From positions 192,329 through 256,328 of the forward strand of contig CAVPVV010000003.1 in assembly GCA_963709325.1 (NCBI GenBank): a DNA stretch of 64,000 nucleotides, in the 5' to 3' direction. This document shows positions 1 through 10,148 of the stretch, in pieces; position 1 is the stretch's first letter; every line of letters begins with the position of its first letter. Source of the DNA: an uncultured Acidobacteriota bacterium. Its GTDB lineage: Bacteria > Acidobacteriota > Vicinamibacteria > Vicinamibacterales > UBA2999. The position numbers were made by a program, and so were the translations under genes. The notes beneath the pieces are model-generated. The model had not been told where the DNA came from. It did not search any database and saw only the letters and a program-made list of their open reading frames with translations.

Positions 1-546
1 GTCGATCGGCTGCCGGCCGTGGTCTTCGTCACCGCGTTCGACCAGTACGCGGTCGAGGCCTTCGAGCTTGCCGCGGTGGACTATCTGCTCAAGCCTTTCG
101 ACGATGACCGCTTTGCCGCGGCGTTCGAGCGTGCCCGGCAGCGACTGGCCGGCGACACCATGGCCGCGTTCCGCGACCGCCTCGGCGCTCTTCTCGGCGG
201 CGCCGCCGCGCCCTCGCAGGGGCCTTCCGGGCACGTTACCGTGGAGAAGGGCGGCCGGCTCGAGGTGCTGCCCGTCACTGACGTCGACTGGGTCCGCGCC
301 TCCGGCAACTACGTCGAGCTCCACGCTCGCGGCGACACGTACCTCGTGCGCAACACTCTGGCGAGCGCCGCAAAACGGCTTCCCTGCCCGCCGTTCCTCC
401 GCACCCACCGCGGCGTCCTCGTCAACGCCGACCGCATCGCCCACATCGAGGCGGTCGCCACGGGCGAGCACCGCGTTGTCCTGCGGGACGGCACTCGCCT
501 CCCTCTGTCACGACGCTATCGCCGCCAGTTGCCCACACTCGGGTGA
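1..546 (+). CDS. LytR/AlgR-family response regulator, C-terminal part (5' end outside window)
   Basis: The frame is open from base 1 (ORF track 19-546). VVFVTAFDQYAVEAFELAAVDYLLKPF is the end of a CheY-type receiver. VDWVRASGNYVELH...FLRTHRGVLVN...LSRRY fits the LytTR DNA-binding domain. Confidence 0.8.
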   Translation, partial: VDRLPAVVFVTAFDQYAVEAFELAAVDYLLKPFDDDRFAAAFERARQRLAGDTMAAFRDRLGALLGGAAAPSQGPSGHVTVEKGGRLEVLPVTDVDWVRASGNYVELHARGDTYLVRNTLASAAKRLPCPPFLRTHRGVLVNADRIAHIEAVATGEHRVVLRDGTRLPLSRRYRRQLPTLG

Positions 547-611
547 ACGGGCCGCGTTCGGGCCTGGTCTGGTCCCTTCGTGCTCCGGTCGAGGAGGGGC
601 CCTGTGGTCTA

Positions 612-1778
612 ATGTCGCGCATGCGTCTGGCGTCCGGTCTCGTGCTCGGCCTGGTGTTGACCTCAGCGGTCACGGCCGGAGGCTGCTCTGAAACCGCAGG
701 GCAGCAACCTCAGCAGAAGGCCGGGGCGCCCGCCTCCCCCGCCGTGCCCGTCACCGCTGCGCCCGCCGTCGAGAAGGACATGCCGCTCGAGGTCAGCGTG
801 ATCGGCTCGGTCGAGGCCTATTCGACCGTCACGGTCCGCGCCCAGATCACCGGCGAGCTCACCACCGTCAAGTTCGAGCAGGGCGACGACGTCCAGGCCG
901 GACAGGAGCTGTTCACGCTGGACCGCCGGCCGCTCGAAGCGGCGCTGCTGCAGGCCGACAGCCACACTCGAGCGCGATTCGGCGCAACGCCGCCAACGCG
1001 AAGGCGATCCTGGAGCGCTACGAGGAGCTGACCCAGCGCGGCATCGTCGCGCGTGAGACGCGCGACACGGCGCGCGACGCAGGTCGCCGCGCTCGAAGCG
1101 ACGCTGGCCGTCCGATCGCGCGGCGGTCGAAAACGCGAAGGTGCAGCTGCAGTACGCGACCATCCGCGCGCCGATCAGCGGGCGAACCGGCGCGCTGATG
1201 GTGAACGCCGGCAATCTCGTTCGCGCCAACGATCAGACGCCGCTCGTCACCATCAACCAGGTGACGCCGATCTACGTGTCGTTCGCGTTTCCCGAGGCGA
1301 TGCTGGCGGACCTGCGCCGCTACATGGCCCGCGGGACGCTCCAGGTCGAGGCGCAGGCTCGCCAACGACCCGGCCGGCGCGCGCGCCGTCGGCCGCATCA
1401 CCTTCGTCGACAACGTCGGTCGATCAGACGACCGGCACGATCAAGATCAAAGGCACGTTTGCCAACCAGGATCGGACGCTCTGGCCCGGGCAGTTCGTCA
1501 ACGTCGTCGTCCGGCTGACCACCGAGCCGAGCGCGATCGTCGTGCCGTCGATCGCCGTGCAGACGGGCCCGGACGGCAGCTACGTCTACGTCGTCAAGGC
1601 AGACCAGACCGTCGAGATGCGACCGGTCACCGTCGCGCGGCTCGCCGGCACCGAGACGGTGATCAAGCAGGGACTCGCCAGGCCGGCGACATCGGTCGTC
1701 ACCGACGGGCACCTGCGGCTCGTGCCCGGCAGCCGCGTCAGCGTGCGGGACGCCAGCGGCGCAAAGGCGGGATCATGA
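612..1778 (+). pseudogene. RND efflux periplasmic adaptor (membrane fusion protein), frame-disrupted
   Basis: Lipoprotein signal MSRMRLASGLVLGLVLTSAVTAGGCS. Adaptor motifs are present (VRAQITGELTTVKFEQGDDVQAGQELFTLD, VQLQYATIRAPISGRTG, TGTIKIKGTFANQDRTLWPGQFVNV) but the reading frame steps 0>1>2>0>1>2>0. The ORF-track pieces are 543-1031, 1141-1518 and 1053-1778. Confidence 0.8.
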
Positions 1779-4700
1779 ACGTCGCCGAGCTCTTCATCAA
1801 GCGGCCGATCACGACGACGCTCATCATGCTGGGCATCTCCGTCTTCGGCGTGATGTCGTATCAGCTGCTGCCGGTCAGCGACCTGCCGACGGTGGACTTT
1901 CCCGACCATCCAGGTGCAAGGCCAGCCTGCCCGGCGCCAGCCCCGAGACGATGGCGTCGTCGGTGGCGCTGCCGCTCGAGAAGCAGTTTGCGACCATCGC
2001 CGGCCTCGATTCGCTCAACTCGACGAGCTCGCAGGGCAGCACCAACATCACGCTGCAGTTCGATCTGAACCGCAACATCGACGCCGCGGCGCAGGACGTG
2101 CAGGCGATGATCGCGCGGGCGGCGCGCCAGTTGCCGCCGCAGATGCCGTCGCCGCCGTCGTACCAGAAGGTGAATCCCGGCGACCAGCCGGTGATCTTCC
2201 TGTCGCTGCGCTCGGCGACGCTGCCGCTGTCGACCGTCAACGAGTACGCCGAGACGATCGCGCAGCGCATCTCGATGGTCAGCGGCGTCGCGCAGGTGCA
2301 GCTGTTCGGCGCGGCCAAGTACGCGGTGCGCGTCGATCTCGATCCGCGCAAGCTCTCGTCGCGCGGCATCGGCATCGACGAAGTGGCGACGGCGATTCAG
2401 AGCGCGAACGTCAACCTGCCGACCGGCACGATGTACGGCCCGGACCGCGCCTATCACGGTGGTCGCCAACGGCCAGCTGATGCGCGCCGACAGCGTACGG
2501 GCCGATGGTGATCGCCTATCGCAACGGCAATCCGGTGCGGCTCAACGAGGTGGCGCGCGTCTACGACGGCATCGAGCAGGACAAGTCGGCGAACTTCTAT
2601 CAAGGGCCTGCGCAACATCTACCTGTCGATCCTGAAGCAGCCCGGCACCAACGTGGTGGCGGTCGTCGACGCCATCAAGACGCTGCTGCCGACGTTCCGC
2701 GAGCAGCTGCCGCCGTCGGTCATCCTCGACGTGCGCACCGACCGGTCCGCGACCGATCCGCGAGTCGGTGCACGACGTCAAGATGACGCTGTGGCTGACC
2801 TTCGCGCTGGTCGTGGCGGTGATCTTCGTCTTCCTGCGCAGCGTGACGCGCCACCATCATTTCGAGCCTGACGCTGCCGGTGACGATGGTGGCCACCTTC
2901 GCGGTGATGTACCTCTTCAACTACAGCCTCGACAACCTGTCGTTGATGGCGCTCACGCTGAGCGTCGGCTTCGTCGTCGACAACACGATCGTGATGCTCG
3001 AGAACATCGTGCGGCACATGGAGATGGGCAAGACGCCGATGCAGGCGTCGTTCGACGGGTCGAAGGAAGTGGCCTTCACGATCGTCGCGATGACGGTGTC
3101 GCTGGTCGCGATCTTCATTCCGGTCCTCTTCATGGGCGGCCTGGTCGGGCGGCTGCTGAACGAGTTCGCGGTGACGATCGCGGTCGCGATCATCGTGTCG
3201 GGGTTCGTCTCGATCAGCCTGACGCCGATGCTGTGCAGCCGGTTCCTGAAGCCGCCGCAGAGCCAGCGGCATGGCGGGCTCTACAACCTGACCGAGCGCA
3301 TGTTCGACGCGCTGGGCGCGCGCCTACGACTGGTCGCTGCGCCTCAGCCTGCGGTATCGCGCCGCTGACGATGGCGATCTCGCTCGTGCTGCTCGGCGGC
3401 ACGGTCTACCTGTTCATGCTGATTCCCGAAGGGCTTCCTGCCGAGCGAGGACCAGGGCCGCTTCAACATGACGCGTCGAAGGCATTCAAGGCATCGGCTT
3501 CGAGGAGATGGTGCGGCACCAGACCGAGGTCGCCGACATCGTCGCCAAGGATCCCGACATCATCGGCTTCAGCGAGCAACTTCGGCGGCGGCGGTGGTGG
3601 CGGCGGCGGCGCGGCTCAACCAGGGCCGGATGTGGCATCGACCTGAAGCCGCGAGTCCGAGCGCACGCGCTCGGTCGATCAGATCATCGCCGACCTGCGC
3701 CCGAAGGTCGCGCAGGTGCCGGGCGTGCGCGTGTTCATGGTCAACCAGCCGCCGATCAACCTGGGCGGCCAGCAGGGGCCGCGCAGCACCTATCAGTTCA
3801 CGCTGCAGGACACCGACACGGCCGAGCTCTACCGGGCGGCGCCGCTGCTCGAGGAGAAGATGCGGGCAGCTGCCCGGCATCGAGGACGTCAACAGCGATC
3901 TGCGACTGAACAACCCGCAGATCCAGATCGACATGGATCGCGACCGGATCTCGTCGCTCGGCCTCACGGTGAACCAGGTGGAGACGGCGCTCTACAACGC
4001 CTACGGCACGCGCCAGGTGTCGCAGATCTACGCGCCCAACAATCAGTACCAGGTGATCCTCGGCGTGGCGCCGGAGTTCCAGAGCGATCCGGCGGCGCTG
4101 TCGATGCTGTACGTGCGTTCGTCGATCGGGCAAGCTCATGCCGCTGAACACGGTGGCGACGGTGACGACCGGCGCGGGGCCGCTGAGCGTGAGCCACACC
4201 GGCCAGCTGCCGTCGGTGACCATTTCGTTCAACCTCAAACCCGGCTACGCGCTCGGCGACGCGGTCGCGCAGATTCAGGAGACGGCCGCGGCCACGCTGC
4301 CGGCGACGGTGTCGACGCGGTTCCAGGGCGCGGCCCAGGCGTTCCAGGATTCGCTGCGCGGCCTCGGCCTCATCCTGGTCATGGCCATCGTCGTCGATCT
4401 ATCTCGTGCTGGGCATCCTCTACGAGAGCTTCACGCAGCCGCTGGTCATCCTCTCGGGCCTGCCCGTCGGCCGGGTTCGGCGCGCTGCTGACGCTGCTGA
4501 TCTTCAAGAGCGATCTGAGCCTCTACGCGTTCGTCGGCGTGATCATGCTCGTCGGTCTGGTGAAGAAGAACGGCATCATGATGGTGGACTTCGCGGCGGT
4601 GGCCGAGCGCGAGCGACGGCAAGACGCCGCTCGAGGCCATTCATCGAGGCCTGCATGGTCCGCTTCCGGCCGATCATGATGACGACGATGTGCGCGCTGG

Positions 4701-4976
4701 TCGGGACGCTGCCGATCGCGGTGGGCTGGGGCGCCGGCGCCGAGTCACGACGTCCGCTGGGACTCGCGGTGGTCGGCGGGCTTGCTCGTGTCGCAGCTGC
4801 TGACGCTGTACATCACGCCGGTCTACTACGTCTACATCGAGAACGCGCGCCTGCGGGTCATGCGGCGGCGCGCCAAAGAAGTGACGGACCTGCCCGTGTC
4901 CACGTCGGCTCCGCTGCCGTCGCTCGCCGACCCGCCGCGGGCAATGCATCGCTCGATAGAAGGCGGCGGACGCTAG
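1775..4976 (+). pseudogene. RND (AcrB/HAE1-type) efflux permease, frame-disrupted
   Basis: ATGA overlap with the adaptor. Typical RND sequence is present: MNVAELFIKRPITTTLIMLGI, VALPLEKQFATIAGLDSLNS, SLMALTLSVGFVVDNTIVMLENI, LYAFVGVIMLVGLVKKNGIMMVDFA, VSQLLTLYITPVYYVYIE. It is scattered over about 23 fragments in rotating frames (ORF-track pieces 1775, 1951, 2505, 2653, 2768, 2880, 3468, 3508, 3716, 4138, 4406, 4782). Confidence 0.85.
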
Positions 4977-4998
4977 CAACCGGCGCGATCGAGCAGGC

Positions 4999-5619
4999 CT
5001 ACTTCGGATGGCCCATCTCGGGCACCACGCGCCCGAGAAACCCCTCGAGCGGCTGCTGATCGCCCATCCGCATGTCATCCATGAGATTGATCTTGCGGGT
5101 CTGTTCCAGCGCCAGTGCCACCGGCTCTTTCCGCTCACGAATCAGGTACGCCGCCCAGAGGTGGCTCGCCCGCCAGGCGACCGTGCAGTGCAGGAGGACT
5201 TTGCCGTCAGCCGAGTCCATCGCGGCGGTAAACGCGTCGAGCTCCTTCGGCCCGTAGGGATTCTCCTTCGTGCCGCGCATCGGAATGTGGAGGTAACGGA
5301 TTCCGAGCTCCTTGGCGAGCGCGGCCTCGTCGAAACCGACCTTCTTCATCTCCTCCGGCATCCGCAGGTTCACGATCGTCGTCACGCCCTTCGCGCGCAG
5401 GTCGCGGAGCGCCTTTTCGGTCGGCTGCCCGCCAATGAACATGTCGTCGCCGACACTGGCGAACTTCGCCTGGAACAGGCCTTCGTTGTTGAGGACAACC
5501 GGGTCCGGCACAGGGCCGGTCTTTCCCTTACCCACCACGCTTTGAGCGCTGAGCGGAACCATCCCGAACGCCATCAGCGCGACGACGACGAAAGCAGCGG
5601 ACCGTGAGGCACAGCTCAT
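4999..5619 (-). CDS. secreted dual-specificity/tyrosine-phosphatase-fold protein (DUF442-like)
   Basis: ATG at 5619 is preceded by an AGGAGGAG SD. Signal peptide MSCASRSAAFVVVALMAFGMVPLSAQS. The P-loop HCTVAWRAS fits HCxxxxR. The ORF track extends to a TTG at 5643. Confidence 0.6.
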   Translation of the reverse strand: MSCASRSAAFVVVALMAFGMVPLSAQSVVGKGKTGPVPDPVVLNNEGLFQAKFASVGDDMFIGGQPTEKALRDLRAKGVTTIVNLRMPEEMKKVGFDEAALAKELGIRYLHIPMRGTKENPYGPKELDAFTAAMDSADGKVLLHCTVAWRASHLWAAYLIRERKEPVALALEQTRKINLMDDMRMGDQQPLEGFLGRVVPEMGHPK

Positions 5620-5665
5620 GCGGCTCCTCCTGAATTCAGGCAATATATCAAGCCACGTTTAGCTG

Positions 5666-5695
5666 TTGCGGTCGGCCGTCCCTCCTCATTAGCAT
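5666..5695 (+). promoter_or_regulatory. predicted sigma70-type promoter (TTGCGG-18-TAGCAT)
   Basis: TTGCGG at 5666-5671 and TAGCAT at 5690-5695, followed by an AAGGAG SD at 5703-5708 and ATG at 5717. This is one of five TTGnnn/TAGCAT pairs in the window. Prediction only. Confidence 0.35.
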
Positions 5696-5716
5696 CCCCA
5701 TCAAGGAGAACACACC

Positions 5717-6783
5717 ATGGTTCGCGGAAGGATTTCGCGCCGGCGATTGCTCCAGTCATTTTCGATCGCCGCCGTCGCCCTGCCAGGCGCGTCGTTTGCC
5801 CAACAAGGCGGGAGCGGGCGTCCCCCAGCGCCGCGCGACACGACGCCACTCGTCCCGCCGTTCGAGGCCACCGGCTGGAATACCGTCTGGCTCGACCACC
5901 TGTCATATCGCTGCGTCGACTACCGCAAGGCGGCGGCCTTCTACGCGACGCTGATGGGCTGGAAGGTTCGCAGCGACGATGGTAAGCAGGCCGTGCTCGA
6001 CATCGGCGAGAACTCGGGCGGGATCGTCATCCGCGGCGGATTGACGGCTCCGCCGCCGGCAGCCATCACCGACGCCGGGCTCGGCGTCAATCGTCCGCCG
6101 GTGCAGGCCGTGTTCGACGGCTTCGCCTGGGGCATCACGCCCTGGGACACCGACAAAGTGAAGGCGGAGCTCGAGAAGCGCGGGCTGCACCCGATGGCCG
6201 ATCACGCCGGTCCCGACTATCAGAGCTTCCGTGTCAAGGATCCCGACGGGTTCGACGTCGCGGTCACCAACGGCACCAGGGCGCTTCGGCGCAGGACGCC
6301 GGCAACCGCGAAACTGCCGGCCCCGGCCCCGTTCGCGCCGACCGGCTGGAACACGCTCTACCTTGATCACATCTCGTTCGAAGTACCCGATTTTCGCCGC
6401 AGCGCGGCGTTCTACCAGGCGCTGCTCGGATGGACGATGCGTCCGGGCAACGGATCACAGGTGTCGGTGCAGATTGGCGATATCGGCGGCGCGATTATCC
6501 GCGGCAATGCGGCGGCGCGGGCGGCTGCGACATCCGGCACAGCGGCGCCGGCGGCGGCGCCGCGGCGAGGTGACCGCCGCGATCGGGCACATCAGCTTCG
6601 GCATCGAGAACTGGAACACCGACAACGTGCGCGCCGAATTGATCAAGCGGGACGTGGTTTACGTCAACAAGGAAGGGAAGCGCGAGCCGCGGCCCGACAT
6701 GACCGGTACGCTCGAGAGCTTCCACGTCCCCGACGCGATGGGCTGGGACCTGCAGATCGGCAACAAGATCTCGGCGCGCTGAC
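5717..6783 (+). CDS. Tat-signal, multi-domain glyoxalase/VOC-family protein (one apparent +1 frame break near 6545-6565)
   Basis: Twin-arginine leader MVRGRISRRRLLQSFSIAAVALPGASFAQ. VOC modules are repeated (VWLDHLSYRCVDYRKAAAFYATLMGW, LYLDHISFEVPDFRRSAAFYQALLGW). The conserved C-terminus (GEVTAAIGHISFGIENW...HVPDAMGWDLQIGN) continues in the frame of ORF 6231-6782, after a GC-rich GCG/GCC repeat. Confidence 0.7.
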
Positions 6784-6861
6784 CCTGCATCACGATCACG
6801 ATGGGACCGGGGGCCCCCACCCGGCCATCTTGATTCCCATCGTGCCCGTGATGGCATCATC

Positions 6862-8085
6862 CTAGAGATCGGCCCGCTCACGTCGGACCAGCCAGATGCA
6901 CGGCGCCGCCATCAGCTGGATCAGGGCACAGCCGACGTAGGAAGCCGGGTAACCCCACACATCCGCGGTCCTGCCGAGGAGCGGCTGGGCAATCACGCCA
7001 CCACACGACCCCATCAACGAATCGAGCGACAGGCCGGTGGCTCGCTGCGTAGAAGGAATCAGATCGTTGAGGTAGGCCTGCCGGACCGGCGTAACGGTGG
7101 CAAACACCAGTCCCCACAGCACCAGCAATCCCACGGCGAGCGGGAAGCGGGGCACGAGCCCAATCAGCAAGAGGACCGCGCCGCTCGCCATCACCGCGGC
7201 CTGCAGCCAGGTCGTACGCCGTCGCACGACCCGGGACAGCCGCGAGACGAGCAGGCCGCCGGCGATCTGCGCGCCGCCGACAATCGCCGCCGACAGCCCG
7301 GCTACGCCATAGGCCCTCGGGTCGCCGTACAAGTCGAGCAGATACGGTTGCATCGCGTAGAAACCGTAGATCGATACGCCATCGGTGAACGCGCTCGCGA
7401 TCATCACCCAGCGGACCGGACGGTTCTGCATCCCGTATCGAACCGCATCCCGGAGCAGCGCCGTCGCCTGCTGCAGCGGGCCGCCGTCGCGCATCGGGGT
7501 GAACCCGACGTCGTGCATCAGGAAGGACGCCATCGTGAAACTGACCACCAGCGCGATGGCTCGGAGGACGTACGGCACGCCGAGGTTCGTCAACTGCGCG
7601 ATGTAACCGCCCAACACCGACCCGCCGAGCATCGCCACGCCCTGGACGATCTCCCCGCGGGCGAACACCGGGTCGAGCGCACCCTCGTAGCCGTGCGCTT
7701 TCAGCGCATCGACCAGCCAGGCCTGAACCGCGCCGGAGAAGAACGTGAAGCCAAGGCCCAGCACCACCGACGCCAGCGCCCAGGCCCAGAATGGCGCCGA
7801 CACTCGCCACATCAGGAGATAGAGCAGCGTCGACACTGCCAGCGTCAGCGTGCCGAGCAAGTACGAGAGCCGCCGTCCTCGCATGTCGGCGATCACTCCG
7901 GTTGGCACCTCGAAGAGAACGAGCCCGGCGGTGAAGAACGCGTTGGCGGTAAATGCCTGCGTGTTGGTGAGCCCGGCGTCGAGCAGGAAGAGCGTGTTGA
8001 TCCCCCAGATGAACGACGCCGCCAGCGTATGAAGGAGGAGCAAGACGAGATAGACGCGCTGAACGCGCCGGGCTCCGGCGTTCAT
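6862..8085 (-). CDS. MFS transporter
   Basis: About 12 hydrophobic segments. The MFS loop motif is ADMRGRR. The internal ATG at 8085 (MNAGARRVQRVYLVLLLLHTL) is preferred over the ORF-track start at 8241, whose N-terminal 52 aa look non-coding. Confidence 0.7.
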   Translation of the reverse strand: MNAGARRVQRVYLVLLLLHTLAASFIWGINTLFLLDAGLTNTQAFTANAFFTAGLVLFEVPTGVIADMRGRRLSYLLGTLTLAVSTLLYLLMWRVSAPFWAWALASVVLGLGFTFFSGAVQAWLVDALKAHGYEGALDPVFARGEIVQGVAMLGGSVLGGYIAQLTNLGVPYVLRAIALVVSFTMASFLMHDVGFTPMRDGGPLQQATALLRDAVRYGMQNRPVRWVMIASAFTDGVSIYGFYAMQPYLLDLYGDPRAYGVAGLSAAIVGGAQIAGGLLVSRLSRVVRRRTTWLQAAVMASGAVLLLIGLVPRFPLAVGLLVLWGLVFATVTPVRQAYLNDLIPSTQRATGLSLDSLMGSCGGVIAQPLLGRTADVWGYPASYVGCALIQLMAAPCIWLVRRERADL

Positions 8086-8165
8086 GAGGCGGTCGTGACG
8101 CACACCATCACCGCAGCCCGGGGATTGTCCAGAGAGTCGGGGGACGAGACAGCGCGGCGCATCCG

Positions 8166-8567
8166 CTAGGCAGGGTTTTCCGAATAGATGGTCAACAGGA
8201 AGCCGCTCGGATCGGTGACCTCGAACGCGCGGCTGTTCCACTCGGTGTCGTGTGGCTCCGCGCTCAGCCTGATACCAGCCGCTTTGGCTCGCGCCGCGAT
8301 CTCATCGACATTCTGTGTCGTCGACAGGGTCAATCGCGTGCCGATGCCCTTCTTCCGATCGCGTCCCTTCTTCCAATCGTCCTGGCTCAGTCCAATCTGG
8401 CTCTTGCCGGCGCGGAGCATCACGCCAAGCAGCGTCCCGTTCTCCTCCCACCGCTCGTCGATAGCGAAGCCGAGCGCTTCATAAAAGGCAATGCTCTTCT
8501 GCAAATCGTCGACGGTGAGGCTGGGAGCGATTGCGCTGATCTGCAGAGCTTCTTGCGTTGTTGCCAC
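8166..8567 (-). CDS. glyoxalase/bleomycin-resistance (VOC) family protein
   Basis: 133 aa. GTG start at 8567 with an AGGAGG SD. The VOC pattern is PSLTVDDLQKSIAFYEALGF...GTRLTLSTT...HDTEWNSRAFEVTDPSGFLLTIY. Confidence 0.75.
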   Translation of the reverse strand: MATTQEALQISAIAPSLTVDDLQKSIAFYEALGFAIDERWEENGTLLGVMLRAGKSQIGLSQDDWKKGRDRKKGIGTRLTLSTTQNVDEIAARAKAAGIRLSAEPHDTEWNSRAFEVTDPSGFLLTIYSENPA

Positions 8568-8597
8568 GGTAACCTCCTACTGGGTCAGATCCTCCGG

Positions 8598-8627
8598 ATG
8601 CTAGCGGCGGGCGTCGAGGCACTGCAA
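8598..8627 (-). promoter_or_regulatory. predicted promoter (TTGCAG-18-TAGCAT, minus strand)
   Basis: The minus strand reads TTGCAG (8627-8622) and TAGCAT (8603-8598), about 30 nt upstream of the GTG at 8567. Prediction only. Confidence 0.35.
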
Positions 8628-8679
8628 GCAGAGCACTTCATTCGCGCTGCGCCACTCCCTGGCGCGCGAGCCAGATTTA

Positions 8680-8738
8680 TTGACTACCGATACGTGACTT
8701 GACGATAATCAATAAATAACGTATTGATATTCGATATC
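8680..8738 (+). promoter_or_regulatory. AT-rich promoter/operator region upstream of the DUF2975-XRE pair
   Basis: This is the only markedly AT-rich stretch nearby. It has two TTGAC(T/G) boxes (8680-8685, 8699-8704) and a perfect 7-bp inverted repeat, ATCAATA-N7-TATTGAT, at 8708-8728. It lies 20-80 nt before the start at 8758. Confidence 0.4.
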
Positions 8739-8757
8739 GCAAGGTGGTCAACCCCGT

Positions 8758-9282
8758 ATGAGGCCGAGCTCCCCATCCGCCGCGCTGCCAATCGCACACC
8801 TCTTTCTGCGGATCCTCGTCGTCGTGAACTGGCTGTACGGCGCCGCGCTTCTTGCCCTGCTGATCGTCATGCCTCACGAACAATGGATCATGGCGGCGTT
8901 CAAGATTGCTCCCTCGCCTGACGCGGCCCGGCTGATCATGGGCCTCCGCGTCATCGCGGTTGCCGGCCTCGCCGCGGTTCCGCTGAACTACACCGTCTTG
9001 ACGCGGCTGCTCGCCATCGTCGGGACCGTTCGCGACGGCGACCCGTTTGTCCCCGCCAACGCGCAGCGCTTGCAGGCGATCGCCTGGGCGCTGCTCGCGC
9101 TCCAGCTGCTCAGCATCTTCATCGGCGCAGTCGCGAGATCCGTCTCGACGCCCGCGCATCCGGTTCATCTCGATGCAGGCTTCTCGATCAGCGGCTGGCT
9201 CGCGGTTCTCCTGACGTTCCTGCTGGCCCGCGTGTTCGCCGCAGGCACGCTGATGCGCGACGACCTCGAAGGGACGGTGTGA
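8758..9282 (+). CDS. DUF2975-like integral membrane protein
   Basis: 174 aa with four hydrophobic helices. It is immediately followed (stop TGA 9280-9282, start 9284) by a small XRE regulator, which is the usual pairing for this family. Confidence 0.6.
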   Translation: MRPSSPSAALPIAHLFLRILVVVNWLYGAALLALLIVMPHEQWIMAAFKIAPSPDAARLIMGLRVIAVAGLAAVPLNYTVLTRLLAIVGTVRDGDPFVPANAQRLQAIAWALLALQLLSIFIGAVARSVSTPAHPVHLDAGFSISGWLAVLLTFLLARVFAAGTLMRDDLEGTV

Positions 9283-9283
9283 G

Positions 9284-9541
9284 TTGCCGATCGCCGTCAA
9301 ACTCGACGATCTCCTCCACGATCGGCGGATGACGCTGACCGAACTCGCGGATCGGGTCGGAATGACGCTCGCCAACCTCTCGATCCTCAAGACCGGCAAG
9401 GCGCGGGCCATCCGCTTCTCGACGCTCGATGCGATCTGCGAGGCCCTCGCGTGTCAGCCCGGCGACATCCTCCGCTTCGAGCCGGCGCAGGCAGTTCGCG
9501 AGCCAGCGGCAGCGACAGGCAAACGAAGCGCAAGCCGATGA
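9284..9541 (+). CDS. XRE/Cro-type helix-turn-helix transcriptional regulator (YozG-like)
   Basis: TTG start. MPIAVKLDDLLHDRRMTLTELADRVGMTLANLSILKTGKARAIRFSTLDAICEALACQPGDIL is a full-length match to the small HTH_26-type regulators that accompany DUF2975. Confidence 0.8.
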   Translation: MPIAVKLDDLLHDRRMTLTELADRVGMTLANLSILKTGKARAIRFSTLDAICEALACQPGDILRFEPAQAVREPAAATGKRSASR

Positions 9542-9641
9542 ATTCGTGACGCCTCATCCACATGACGAGGGCGGAATGGTCGGCGGGCGCTCGGCGTCAC
9601 AACGGTCGTCTCAGCCACCCTGGCGGCGCGCGACCTGTGGA

Positions 9642-10049
9642 TTACACTCCAGAGAGCGTCAGGAACACGGCCTGTTGTGCCCCGGCATGCGGAGTGACGG
9701 CCTTCTCGTCGGTCCGCCATCCAGCTGCCGACGCGCGAAGCAGCATCCCGACGCCGGCCGTCAAATCGTCGAACACGAAGCCGCCGTCTTCATCCCAGAC
9801 GCCGCACGGGGTTGTCTGCGTGACGCGCTGGCCCGCGTGCTGTCCGGCCACCACTTCGACAATGGCGTCAGCAACACACGCACCGGTCGCGTCGACCACC
9901 ATTCCCCAGAGCCGCACCGGCGCCTGCGCTGTCGAAGCGAGAGGTGAATCGGGACCGGTCGGGCCTCCCGCCGAACATCCGGCCACGATCACGCTCGCCA
10001 GGACGACGGGCAAGGATCTCAAGACAATCGCTCGAGTCATGGCTGGCAC
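9642..10049 (-). CDS. lipoprotein with carboxypeptidase-regulatory-like (Ig-like) domain
   Basis: Lipobox SVIVAGCS. The beta-sandwich style segment is LWGMVVDATGACVADAIVEVV...GGFVFDDLTAGVGMLLRASAAGW. Confidence 0.5.
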   Translation of the reverse strand: MPAMTRAIVLRSLPVVLASVIVAGCSAGGPTGPDSPLASTAQAPVRLWGMVVDATGACVADAIVEVVAGQHAGQRVTQTTPCGVWDEDGGFVFDDLTAGVGMLLRASAAGWRTDEKAVTPHAGAQQAVFLTLSGV

Positions 10050-10119
10050 ACCTCAAACTGCTTGGAACGACGTCGGAAGCCGAAGCAAACCGGCGCCGCA
10101 AAAGTGTGACCCTGGCCGG

Positions 10120-10148
10120 ATGCTAGTCCCGAATCAGCTCGATGTCCA
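10120..10148 (-). promoter_or_regulatory. predicted promoter (TGGACA-17-TAGCAT, minus strand)
   Basis: The minus strand reads TGGACA (10148-10143) and TAGCAT (10125-10120), about 70 nt upstream of the ATG at 10049. It overlaps an 8-bp stem-loop at 10139-10158. Confidence 0.35.

Noticed and set aside
3575-3612. A GGC/GGT triplet run encoding poly-Gly inside the RND gene, considered as a microsatellite or contingency repeat.
   Set aside because: It lies in a loop that is Gly-rich in many RND pumps and keeps triplet periodicity. The frame changes nearby are part of the operon-wide insertion pattern and are not specific to this run.
6862-8241. The N-terminal extensions given by the ORF track for several genes (6862-8241, 11663-13033, 33142-34785, 62538-63875, 48455-50269, 51531-52559, 52870-54114).
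   Set aside because: The extensions lack coding character, overlap neighbouring genes or control regions, and internal starts give proper signal peptides and/or SD sequences. Shorter coordinates are used in the feature list.
10044-10061. TGGCAC...TGCT, resembling a sigma-54 -24/-12 promoter.
   Set aside because: The GG-to-GC spacing is 13 nt rather than about 10. It lies on the plus strand overlapping the start codon of a minus-strand gene, with no plus-strand gene downstream.
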